Assembly: GCF_011745625.1 (NCBI RefSeq)
Contig: NW_027191462.1
Location: 62,001-126,000, forward strand
Direction: 5' to 3'
From: Cladosporium halotolerans
Taxonomy: Eukaryota
DNA length: 64,000 nt
How positions within the stretch are numbered: position 1 is the stretch's first letter; every line of letters begins with the position of its first letter. Made by a program: the position numbers and the translations under genes. Below are positions 1 through 10,610 of this stretch, piece by piece. The notes below the pieces were generated by a model that saw nothing but the letters and a program-made list of their open reading frames with translations, made no database searches and had not been told where the DNA came from.

Positions 1-215
1 ACGTACTGCAGCCGTCTCTTATGCCTGACCATTGGCGTTGTTCGAGCGAAGCCTGCAAAGGTGGCTCATACATCAATGCAGGTGACGCAGGACGATGCGG
101 TGTATGCGGAGCGCAGAAACCCAAGAAGACTCTGCCACCTTCCAAGGGATCGAGCATGGGCAGGGGCTCCAAGCCTGTAGGGGTCATTGAGGGCGATGTT
201 CTGAGGTGGGATTGA
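1..215 (+). CDS. 3' end of a gene (5'-partial) with a RanBP2-type-like Cys4 zinc finger
   Basis: The frame is open from the window edge (VLQPSLMPDH...). It contains W-x-C-x4-C-x6-N-x6-C-x2-C (WRCSSEACKGGSYINAGDAGRCGVC) and stops at TGA 213-215. Confidence 0.55.
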   Translation, partial: VLQPSLMPDHWRCSSEACKGGSYINAGDAGRCGVCGAQKPKKTLPPSKGSSMGRGSKPVGVIEGDVLRWD

Positions 216-441
216 GAACAGAAGGCCGGCATCATCTTGCTTTTCATTTACATTAGCTTAACGGCATGACACACCCCGAATGATTAGCTCATCTTTTACA
301 AATGCGCAAAGAAGCAGTATCTACAGATTCCGATCGCCAGTACGCCGTTTCTCCATATCGCAGTAAACTCGATCATAGAACCATGACCATTTCCAATGCG
401 CAACCGCAGACAGAATGCATGGTACACCAGCCACAGCAGCT

Positions 442-1727
442 TCAGTCAGCGCCTCCTGTGCTCTTGTTGAAAAGGTTCATTTGCCTCGAACTCCCTCTCT
501 TCACAGCCCTCGCTGCCTCAGCTCCGACGATTGGCAGCTTCTTCACACCCTTCTTCTTCATGCCATCAGGCAGCGCAAGCTTCGGATTAAGCAGCCCAGC
601 CTGGAAAAGTACACTCGCCTGATCCCAGTAGACGTGCTCACTCTCCAGCTTGCCTCCCCTAAGAGTAACAATTGAGATGACCACAATCTCAATCTGCCGA
701 TTCGTAGGCGGGATCGACGGCAGAAGCCAGGGCATCTCGACCGAATGCGTAAAATTCATATACAGCTCGTCCACCACGCGGTCACCGGACGTCGTGCGAG
801 AAAGCAGCGTCGTCTTGCCACCCTCAGGCAGCGGCTCGAATAGGTCGTCATAGAAATAGCGCATCGCTTGCGTGCCGGCGCCGCCGACGAGCGTGGGCGC
901 GTTGATGACGTGCCCGAACGGCATCGTGCGCTGCATGACCTTGTCGGTCTGCACGTCGTCGACCAGGCCCACGATGTCGTCGCGCGCCATCTCCAAGTCC
1001 TCTTCGATCCGGAAGGCACGCTTGACCATGTTGAGGGAGCGCGAGAAGGCCAGGCGCTCGTTTACTGCGTCGTACTCGTCCACGTCGTGCTCCGCGAATC
1101 CAGGTGCGCAGGTCGGGTATGAGTAGGTTTTGAAGCCGATCTTTACGCAGCCGCCGTACCCGGCGCCGGGCTCGACGTTCTTGCGGATCGTCTTGGTCTT
1201 CTTGCTCTGGATGCCGAGGATTTCGGGATGGCGACGAACGCCGACCGTTGAGCCTGCCAGATGCACCATGACCCGCACTGAAGGCGGAAACTTGGTCGAT
1301 GGAGGTGGGATGGCAGTTGGGTAGTATGCGACGACAGCACATATTCTTGGTGTGCTGGGCTTCACATGTACTTCCAGCATCGCCGCAGCGGCTTCGTCGA
1401 AGGCTATGGCAAGAGTCAGAGTCTCCGTCTAACAACATGCAGTGCTTCCGGTGAATGGTAGCAAAGGTGAGTATTACCTACTACTGCATACTGCTCGCCA
1501 ACGCCCAGGCTATCTCCCGTCATGCGAATCCGTGTTGCATAGTCGTTCCCGCCGTTACCGAACGGTACGTAGACTACATTAAAGCCTTCGTCCCGCCATT
1601 GCTGGGTCACCTCGTCGGCGAAGTCCTCAGACTCTGCCGTTAAAATGACATGGGCTACTTTAGACTTGTTGAGGGAGTTGAAGAAAGATGGGTCTTGCTG
1701 ATTGAACCACGGAGTATTGAAAGACAT
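442..1727 (-). CDS. Dienelactone hydrolase / carboxymethylenebutenolidase-like protein with a C-terminal SnoaL-like domain
   Basis: ATG 1727 (MSFNTPWF). Intron 1404-1477 (GTAATA...CTGAC...CATAG) joins to the 442..1380 ORF. Motifs include AYYP, YSYP..APGFAEHD, 'LLSRT...DRVVDE', 'PWLLP.IPPT' and 'EHVYWDQASVL'. Confidence 0.85.
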
Positions 1728-2231
1728 TATTGCAATAGTTGAGCTACAGTACTGTACAGTATCGAGGAAACGACGCTCGTGTACCCTCTCTCTGCGCCCG
1801 GTCCAATGCCCGCCAAAGAGTTGGCACGCATCGCTATGAAGATGATACGTCATCGCTGCAGCCTTCCCTTTACATACTAGCGGCGGGAATCACCGCGCGC
1901 TAGCGCATTTCCTTGCACAGCGACCGCCGCCGTCCGCCGTTCAGGCTGAGGCTGCTCCAGCTGAGTACAATCCAGACCGGCGGGTATATCGCAACATCGC
2001 TTGGGCAGTCGACATCATGTGAGTAAGGTACCGTCGTGCACTTCACTTCCCTGCCCTCGCCTGTGGCCAGTGCACTCCCACCGGCGCGGGCTTTGCACAC
2101 ATCGTCGCCGCCCTTGCGGCGGTGGCAGTGACAGCAGAAGCTATCATTGCTATCCATGCACAACGTAGATTGCCAGGCAAGTACACTGACACAATGGCGT
2201 CTAGATCCCACGACTCAGCGTCACCGGCAAG

Positions 2232-3794
2232 ATGCCCGCGATGCTTGAAGACCCGACGGCGCCGGCGATCTACCGCGTGTCGGGCGAAGCGCCCTTCCCG
2301 GTCCCCTATGGTCCTCTGCCACCAGATATATCACCTAAACAAGTCATTCTGCGCGACAGGGTAACGACTGCCACACTCGTTCCCTTTAGCGGGCCAGCCC
2401 AGGTGCCACCCAAGCTATGTGCATATCTGTGTGAGCTGCTCGGTCGTGAGATCGAAAAGGGTGACACCTACCCGATGATGGAGCCCATGCCACTTGCGAA
2501 CTTCGGGCCCTACTGGTTTGCCAACTTCGGCGCCATCATGGTGGTAGGCGATGTTCAGACTCCCGAGGAAGTGTCGGAGATGGAAGCTCGGGGAGTAGAC
2601 TGGAGCAAAGAGTGCCTCGGCAGCTTCTACGTCAAGCCCAACTATCCCGGCCGAAGTAGCCATGTGTGCAACGGTGGTTTTCTTGTCACAGATGCTGCGA
2701 GAGGTCGCGGTGTTGGTAGGCTGATGGGCGAGATCTACCTTGAGTGGGCGCCCAAGCTTGGTTACTCGTACTCTGTCTTCAACCTCGTCTACGAGACCAA
2801 CGTGGCGAGTTTGAGGATCTGGGATGCGCTCGGATTCAAACGCATCGGCCGAGTCAAGGGTTGCGGTAACTTGAAATCTTATCCCGACCAGCTCATTGAT
2901 GCCATAATCTTTGGGCGCGAGCTTGGCGGCGAAGGCGATGAGATGGTGAGCGAAGAACGCTTCGACAAGATCCGCTACTACCTGAAGACCGGCACCTACC
3001 CCAATGGCTCCGACCGCGCAGAAAAATCCCGTCTCCGCTCAGCAGCAACTCACTACCGTCTCATCCCCGCCCCCAACGACAGCGAAGAAGACAAGCTTAT
3101 GCTGAAAGGCAAGGAAGTCATCTCCGACCCGCACAAACAGTACGAGATCGCCCGCAACGTGCACAGCGTAGGCCACGGCGGCATCAACAAAACCACCGCC
3201 TCCATCGCAGACAAGTACCACTGGGTGCGCATCAAAGAAACCGTCTCCGCCGCGATCCGCAACTGCCCCGAATGCAAAGACACCAACGCCCCAAAACCGC
3301 CCGCCACCACGAACAACACCCGCCGCTCCGCGCCCCGCGACACCGAAGACGCAAGCAACGGCGCCAACACCTCGAACCGCCGCGTCGTCGCCGCCGGCTC
3401 CGCGCCCGACGACCCCTCCAACGCCGGCGCCTCGCCTCCACCCCACCAGCAGCAACAAACGTCCCACCTCACCCACCAACCCCACGCCCCCATCGCCCAA
3501 ATGCAACAATACCACCACTACCCCGACCTGCCCGTGGACCCGCAACTCATGTCCGAGATCCAGCACTGGGAGACCCCTCAATCGCTCGCGCAGCAGCTGC
3601 AAGCACAGGCGCAGAGCGGCGGCGAAGCGATGCAGCTCGACGTGGACGCGCACGAGGGCCTGGGCGTGCACCATCACCGGGAGGAGGACGTCAGCAGCCG
3701 GCTGCGGGAGGAGCTGGAGGCGCAGATGATGGGGCGGCCGCCGCGGGAGGAGGACTTCAAGTATGCTGACAGCGCGCCGGGCGATCGGCTTTAG
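2232..3794 (+). CDS. SPT10: Spt10-like histone acetyltransferase (GNAT domain plus integrase-like H2C2 zinc finger)
   Basis: GNAT motifs GSFYVKPNYPGRSSHVCNGGF and RGRGVG, plus FNLVYETN. Zinc finger H..GHGGINKT...YHW..IKETV...IRNCPEC. Q-rich tail. Confidence 0.88.
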   Translation: MPAMLEDPTAPAIYRVSGEAPFPVPYGPLPPDISPKQVILRDRVTTATLVPFSGPAQVPPKLCAYLCELLGREIEKGDTYPMMEPMPLANFGPYWFANFGAIMVVGDVQTPEEVSEMEARGVDWSKECLGSFYVKPNYPGRSSHVCNGGFLVTDAARGRGVGRLMGEIYLEWAPKLGYSYSVFNLVYETNVASLRIWDALGFKRIGRVKGCGNLKSYPDQLIDAIIFGRELGGEGDEMVSEERFDKIRYYLKTGTYPNGSDRAEKSRLRSAATHYRLIPAPNDSEEDKLMLKGKEVISDPHKQYEIARNVHSVGHGGINKTTASIADKYHWVRIKETVSAAIRNCPECKDTNAPKPPATTNNTRRSAPRDTEDASNGANTSNRRVVAAGSAPDDPSNAGASPPPHQQQQTSHLTHQPHAPIAQMQQYHHYPDLPVDPQLMSEIQHWETPQSLAQQLQAQAQSGGEAMQLDVDAHEGLGVHHHREEDVSSRLREELEAQMMGRPPREEDFKYADSAPGDRL

Positions 3795-4409
3795 TATGGT
3801 TGGTCGTAGGGGAATGATGGGCGCGCTCGGGGGGTTTCTTCTTTTGCTTTTTGGGGTTCGAACAGGGAGACGTGAATCACGGCCGAATGTTTGTACAGAG
3901 CGCGAAATCCAGCCGTTTGTTTCTTACCGCAAAGGCACTGTCCACGAGGGACATCCTGTGGAAAACGATGCAGCAGTTCAATATCAACGTCACCACAGTC
4001 CACACGCGTGACTTTCAACCTTCGCTCATTTCGATCTATCTCTATCATCATTCACACATTCCCGTCCACTTCTCGCATAAAAAGGGACAAATCGGCACGC
4101 GAACACAGCGAGAAACCCGCCCTCCTCAGCTGCGTGGCCGACTTCTTAATACTTTTCCCCGCAATTACAGAGCGCCGCAAACGCCTATGCTATGCTTTTG
4201 CCCTCCTCCCAAAAGTCCACCCAGCCCAGCCCGGGCCCATGTCCGGGGGAGAGAAAAAAGCGCGTAGTTAAATTTCAGTCAAATGCTTCCCCTGCTTGCT
4301 CCCTCCCATAGCTCCCGCTCGCCTTTAACGAGCGCTCTCGTTCGTGTCGTGCTGCTTTCTGGCGGGAACCGTAGCATCGTCGATTTTCTGTTTTCGTTCG
4401 TGATTCGCA

Positions 4410-5801
4410 TTACTTGGCCACGGCGGCGCTGAGGACCTGGGTGCGGAAGAAGCCGCCCTTGGTGCGCTCGATGACCTGCTGGTAGACGCTCATGGGCGGG
4501 TGGTTCATGATAACGGTGCCGGCCTTGTAGTCGATCTTAGCGTCGACGCGGGTGTCGCGGATCAGGTTGACGATCCACTTCTCGCCCTCGTCCTGGCTGA
4601 GGCCGAGGCGGGAGGAGAGGTCCCTGTTGAGGATGATTGTTAGTATTTGCGGGGGGATCTGAGAGATTCCAATGATGGGCCAAACTTACTTGATGTCGAT
4701 ACGCTGGTGGATCTTGCAGTAAGACTCCGAGATCAGGTGGCGAGCGGCGTCAAGGAATTGCTCAGAAGCGGAGACGAGGAAGAAGTCGGACTTCAGGATC
4801 TCGTCGGCCTCACCCAGACGGCGCTGGGCCTCCTCGAAGTCGAAGTCAATGTACAGAGCCTTGATGAAAGCGGTGACAGGGTCGTTGTACTCGTAGCCCT
4901 CCTGGCGGACGACGCGCACCAGATCCTTCAGCTGCTTCTGGTAGTTGCTGTACTGGAATCCACCGCCGTTCTTGCCGGGCCTGCTGCGGTTGGTGATGAT
5001 CGCGGCGGCCAGGTAGCGCAGGAGCCAGGGGGAAGAGGTCTGGATGCTGTTGATGAAAGTCTGGGAGAAGAACAGCTCGGTGAGCTGGTCGCGGGCGGGC
5101 TCGTGGTTGAACATGGGGAAGAGAGCCCAGTGTGCCAGCCAGGTGCGGTGCTGTAGCTGAGCGAGCGGGTTGCTGAAAAGACGGGTATCGATGCTCTCCT
5201 TCATCTTCAGAATCTCCTCCAGAGCAGACTCCCAGTTGGTGGTCAGGATGTCGGAGGCGAGCTTACCCCAGGAGGCGGCGCTGGTCTTGTCGTTGTCGGT
5301 GGACAGAATGCGGTACTGGTAGAGCAGGTCGGACGCGCTGCCGTAGTCACCGCAAGAGTACTGGAACTGGCCGTAGTCGTACAGCTTCTCAACCATCTCC
5401 GCGGTCACACCGTGGGTCTCCTTCAGGTACTGCAAGTTGGCGGCCTTGTCGGCGCGCAGGTTGTTGACGACCTCGGCATCGCCGAGCAGGTTGAGGATCT
5501 TCTCGGTGTCGGCCTCGAACTGGGCGCGCTTCGCGAGGGTCTCGTCGCGCTTGGTCTCGTACTCCTTGGGCGGCTCGTTCAGGTTGTTGATCTGGGCGTA
5601 GAGGCCACCGACGAAGTCGTGCATGTTGGTCTCCTTGAGCAGGGCATATTTGGCCTGGGTGATGTCGTCGATGCTCTGGTCCTCGGGGGTCTCTTCCTCG
5701 AGGAAGTTAAGCAGGGGGAAGACCAGATGGCGGTCGAGGTGCGGGATGAGCTTGGGCAGCAGCGAGTGCTCCTTCGCGATGTCGGGGTTGGTGGCGGCCA
5801 T
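4410..5801 (-). CDS. INT6: Eukaryotic translation initiation factor 3 subunit E (Int6)
   Basis: ATG 5801 ([17 protein letters not shown]). PCI domain '[16 protein letters not shown]'. Intron 4624-4689. The last exon reads DLSSRLGL...[18 protein letters not shown]...[10 protein letters not shown] and ends at TAA 4410-4412. Confidence 0.95.
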
Positions 5802-6082
5802 GGCTGCGGTGCGTGCGAGTGATGCTGCGGTCGCTCGAGCTGTCGCTGGCGCCCCGCTGTGCGTGGTTGTGTGAGTGTGCGGCGAGAAAGTTCGTCTGCC
5901 AAGCATCGCGGAGATGGAGCAGCCAGCGAGGCAGACAGGCCGCCAGCCAGCCAGCATCGCCGGGCAGCGCAAGCCAGCCGACGCCAGCAGCCAGTCGAAG
6001 TCTCTCCTTTGCGACACCCGCCGGCACGACCTCACTTCAACCTTGCATCTCGCCGTCACATCACGTGCAGATTCATCTCGAG

Positions 6083-6729
6083 ATGGCCTCTGCCGTGCCC
6101 TTCATGTCCTTCCTGCGCCCAATGGGCCTCCCGCGCCCGGCGACCGTCCGCCAGTTCATGCGATTTTCCACGAACACAAGATGTCTCGCTGAGGGTATGT
6201 CTAAGAGAAACACGGAGAAAGATCCCTTCAACCTCGATACTGACTATCCCCCCTAGATCGCAACCTCGTCGCCTCCCGCACAGCACCCGCCTCTTACCCA
6301 CCTCGATCCATGAAATCGCTCCCCCGGCCCAAAGAATCCCGCGCCTCGCACCGCACCAACTACCCGAAAAAGGAGCGCCCCTACCCTACCCGCGGCTCAA
6401 CACACGAGCAGCCTGTAGTCCAAAAGCTGATCCCGGAGCCCGTGGAGCCTCTAGCGGATCACCTCTGCGCGCCCAACCTGCCGTACTACGTGACCCGGAC
6501 GCACCGCAAACACCTCCCCATCTACCCGCTGAGGAAGGCCGGCGGCAACAAGCTGGTCACCAGGATCAAGAAGATTGACGGCAAGGCAGAGGTGTTGAGG
6601 GATGAGTTGAGGAGCTTGCTTGGGCTTGCGGACAAGGAGTGTGTGATCAACACGAATACTGGGCACATTATGATCAAGGGGCACCACATGACTAAGGTCG
6701 AGCACTTTTTGAAGCAGAGGAAGTTTTAG
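6083..6729 (+). CDS. IMG2: Mitochondrial large ribosomal subunit protein mL49 (Img2-like)
   Basis: Arg-rich presequence [13 protein letters not shown]. Intron 6195-6256 (GTATGT...CTGAC...TAG). C-terminal L49 motif LPYYVTRT...LPIY...[12 protein letters not shown]...GHIMIKG...FLKQRKF. Confidence 0.88.
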
Positions 6730-7376
6730 AGTCGCTTATCTGGGTCGGAATCGACGGGTCGCGAAAAGTCTCTCGGTCGGAATGGCAAGGATTCTTGAGC
6801 GAAGGTCATCTCGAGCAGCATGACGATGAAGAGCTGGGAAATGGAAGGTTGCCGTACTGTCTGTAAAGCGGCCCGTTACAATTTTCCAGGGTAGCAAGTC
6901 CGCCAGGATGTTGCGGACTGGAATCGCTGTTGGAAGCAAGAGAGGCGGCGTGGATTTGGTGCTGCCCATAGCAGCATGACCACCGAAAACGTGAGGCCGA
7001 AGGCCATCCAAGCATGCGCCTCTGTCGAGCGGCTTTTGTATGTATATCATATCAATATTGTATCATCTACGAAACTAGAAAAACCATCATTGCAGCATCA
7101 CGCTCACTTTCACATGCCCCAAAGTGCAGCAATCACGGCAAGCCAGTCTCGCGAAGAATCACATGCCGACGCCCCAGGACCTCACCCAAAACCCAACTCC
7201 ACCCCTCATCCTCCACCTCGCCCTAAACTCTGCACTCGACCTTCACCACACTTCTCGAAAACCACACCCTCAAGCAACCCAAGACAGAAACAGCAATCCA
7301 AACGCCATCCTGCAGCCACCCGACGAACCACAGCCCACCAAACCCACAAACCAACCCACCAACCCACCCCCCAAAA

Positions 7377-7862
7377 ATGCCCCCCACCACCCAACCCAAC
7401 GCCCTCCCCCCCTCCCTGACCGAAAAAGACACCCGCCTCCTCGCCCTCGCCTTCCTCTGCTCCGACTCTCCGAAGGTACGCGCCCTGCCCCTCTTCTGCC
7501 CCTCTCCCCCGTCTGGCTTCCCTTCCTCTATCTCCAGAACTGGCATTGCTAACGCCACGCCGTAACAACAACAGGTCAACTACACCAAACTCGCCCTGGC
7601 AGCGGGCTACAAGACGTCGAGCTCGGCGTACGTGTGTTTGGGGAATGTGCGGAAGAAGGCTGTTGGACGGGGGGTTGTTGGGGGTGGGGCTGCGGTGGTT
7701 GCCGGAGGTGAGGGGGGTGGGACGGTGGATGGGGGGAAAAGGGGGTTTGAGGAGGTGGAGGTGGAGGTGAAGAAGAAGTGCAAGATTGCGGATGGGGGCG
7801 AGGACGACGGCAAGGGAGAATGCGAGGTTGTGATTGAGGATGAAGGAAGGGAGGGCGATTAG
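7377..7862 (+). CDS. Small basic/acidic fungal protein with a Myb/HTH-like N-terminal motif (128 aa)
   Basis: Exon 7377-7475, intron 7476-7574 (GTACGC...GCTAAC...CAG, phase 0), exon 7575-7862. The product LLALAFLCSDSPK/VNYTKLALAAGYKTSSSAYVCLGNVRKK resembles the common fungal 'VDY.KLA..GY...SA....IKKK' motif. Putative NLS KKKCK. Confidence 0.7.
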
Positions 7863-9202
7863 GGCTGAGCGAGGAAATGTGAGGGAGAGTGTTTGAGGGC
7901 TGATGGACGAAACCGACGGGATTATTATCATCATTCGTTCCCTGTGCGAGGGGCGTTCTCCGACTTGGGAGAGAGGAACGGAAGCCAAGAGCGAGGCTAA
8001 CAAAGCCGTCCTTGGGGCGATGCGCGATCTGATACGAAAACCAGACAACAGGTGTCTACTAATAAGGGACCTCGAGCACCCAAACTCCCAAACCGCTGCA
8101 GGCAGCAAATATCTCATCTCCCGCTCGGCAACACACCACAGTCCTCCATCCACTTTCCCCGTAAAAACCCCAAGTACGACCCCTCCATCTCTCTCAAACC
8201 TCCCCTTCCTCGGCCAACGCACCTAAGCACCAGCCACTATATCTCTGAAACGCCCTATTAAATTGACTTAGCCCCTCAAGGTGGAATTAGTTACGATGGA
8301 GCCCAGAGCCCAGATGTTCGAGCCGTCGACTGCAGACCACACAGAAGAGCCTCAGGATGACGGGGAAGGGACAATACACGTGGCTGCCCTTGAGAAGGAG
8401 GAGGAGGAGGAAAGAGCGTACCTAAGTACGTTGAGCGGTGAACCAGCAGCGGCAAGGGAAGACGTTAAGTCGCGCTTGCCCCCGGGCGAAATCCACCACT
8501 TTCACCGAGCAAATCCAACGCGATGAACACGAAACAGCCTTCGGCATTCACAGTGCAAAAGCTCAGCGAATTTCTTGAGTGAGGAGCACGCAAGACAAGA
8601 TCACGGAAATAAGGGAATCCGGAGCCAAAATTGGTGGTCAAGCCCCCTCCACGCAACCCAACCGCCTCATCAGAGACGACCGAGCCGAGCGAGGCAGGCA
8701 TATTCGATACCGTCCTAGAAAAAAAAAGAAAGAAAAAACTATCATTACTTTCCCCATATCCTTCACCATCCGTGACTCCATTCCGCACGACGACTCCAGC
8801 GTCTTTTTGTAACTCCGGTAGACGCGCCAAGATCCAAAAAAAACAAAGAATTTCCCGACCCGTTCAGTGTATGCGCCTCGCTGCCGGTAAAAAGTAAAAG
8901 AGATAAAAATCATTTTGCCCCGTCCGTTATGTGTCTTTGAGCGGGTATATGGCAGAAGATCAGCGGAAGAGATGATCCGCACCCGCCCGCCCATTCCTTT
9001 GCGAACGCCGTGAAAGATGAAAAAGCAAATGACAGCCCAGGTAGTGGTATCAAGCGCGTGTAGAAATAGCAGAGAGAAAAAAGAGCGGCAAGCCTTCCGT
9101 GTCAGATAGTGACAAGCTGGAAGGCGTTGTCGCGTGGTAATACAAAGACTGCGTGGCAGTGCAGTCGAAATCCTCCGCTCAGAGCAAGACCGGTGAGTTG
9201 CT

Positions 9203-10610
9203 TTACGCGACCGGCTGCTCCTCCCAGACGTCGTTAGCGAGGAAACCCGCCCAGTCGCCCTCGCCGGGCGTGACGGTGCCGCTCAGGCTGTCGCCGCCGC
9301 CGAACATGGGGTCCTTGGCGAAGTCCGACGAGAACATGTCGTTTCCGAAGCCCATGCCGCCGAACGCGTAGCCGGCAGGCGAGAAAGCGCTGTCAGCGGG
9401 AGACGGAGCGAAGGAGCCATTGGAGTCGAAAGCGGAGGGCGCGAGGGTGGCGTTCATGCCGCCCGTGCTGTTGCCCATGCCGCTGAAGCCCGTCGGCATG
9501 GCGGGCTGGTCGGTGGGGGAGCTAGTCTTGCTGCTCTTGGCGTTGCCATTGGGGTTGTAGGAGTAGGTGCGCTTGTTCTGGGGCAGGGTAAGGTTGGGGA
9601 CGGGCTCGCCGAGGCTGAATTCGAAAGGGTTGGCGGCGAGGAGCTGCTGGGATTCCATGGGGAGTTCGGTGGAGAGAGGGTTGATGGCGTTCTGCTGGGC
9701 TTGGGTGAGGCCGGATGGGAAGCTTGTTTGACCAGGCATGGACTGCATATTGAAGTTTTGCTGCTGGGCGGCGAGGTTGCTGTCAGATCCTGAGCGGGAG
9801 ATGGCGCGTGCTGGTGAGGTGTGCGTGCTGCTAGGCCTAGCCGAGCCTGATACCGGTGTCTGAGGAGTGTTGCTGACGGGCACTGACATGCGTCGGTCCT
9901 CCGCCTTAATGCCATCGATGGGGCTGTTCTGTACTGAACCAGCGTTTTGCTGCTGGTAAGAGTAGTTCTGAGGTGTCGCGATCGAGGCAGAGCGACCATG
10001 CTGAGGGCGCATTCCTTGGACGTTGGCCATGGGGTATGGTGTCTGTCTGTGTGTGGTGGGCGAGCGGTTCATGGTCTGAGGAGGCAGCATCGACGTCTGC
10101 ATGCCGGGCTGCTGCTGCTGCTGCGGGGCCTGCATCATGTTCGGGCTCATGAGCTGACCGATGTTGTTGAACTGGTTGTTTTGCCAGGCATCGGAAACGG
10201 CCTGACCGAGAGCGCTGCGCATGGCGACGTGGTTTGTGAGGTAGGCGGCAAGGCGACGGTCGAAGTCGGCATTCTGCGTCTGCAGGTGTGCCGTCAATCG
10301 TCGGTACTGCATGGGCAGGTCGTCATCCTCCTCCTCGTACATCTCCTCATTGATCACATCGGCTTCGGTGACACGGAGAGATCGGCCGGTGCGGCGCTTG
10401 TGAATCTCCGATGCGCGACGTGCAGACTCGATGCGGGCTTCAAGGCTGCGGTCGCTGCGGCGAGAGGCGGCAATATAGGCTCTGCAGGGTGTCAGTTCGA
10501 ATACTGATAGTGAAGACGAGCGTCGATAGAACGAACCTCTCCTGGTTCTCTTCGTGAGAACGCTCAATCTTGACCGGCTTCGCGGCTGGCATGCTTCTGA
10601 TGGGAGGCAT
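9203..10610 (-). CDS. Conserved fungal protein of unknown function with a basic helical N-terminal domain and a Q/S/P-rich tail
   Basis: ATG 10610 (MPPIRSMPAAKPVKIERSHEENQE). Intron 10482-10536 (GTTCGT...CTGAC..CAG) joins to RAYIAASRRSDRSLEARIESARRASEIHKRRTGRSLRVTE. Stop TAA 9203-9205. Confidence 0.85.

Noticed and set aside
3130..3290. Integrase-like H2C2 zinc finger suggesting a retrotransposon
   Set aside because: It is the known DNA-binding domain of Spt10, fused to a GNAT domain. No RT, RNase H, integrase core or LTRs are nearby.
6736..7050. 104-aa minus-strand ORF downstream of IMG2
   Set aside because: No recognisable motif or clear codon bias, and it overlaps the expected IMG2 3' UTR.
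8296..8526. Acidic 76-aa ORF (MEPRAQMFEP...)
   Set aside because: It could be an orphan gene, but there is no motif, splice or homology support from sequence alone.
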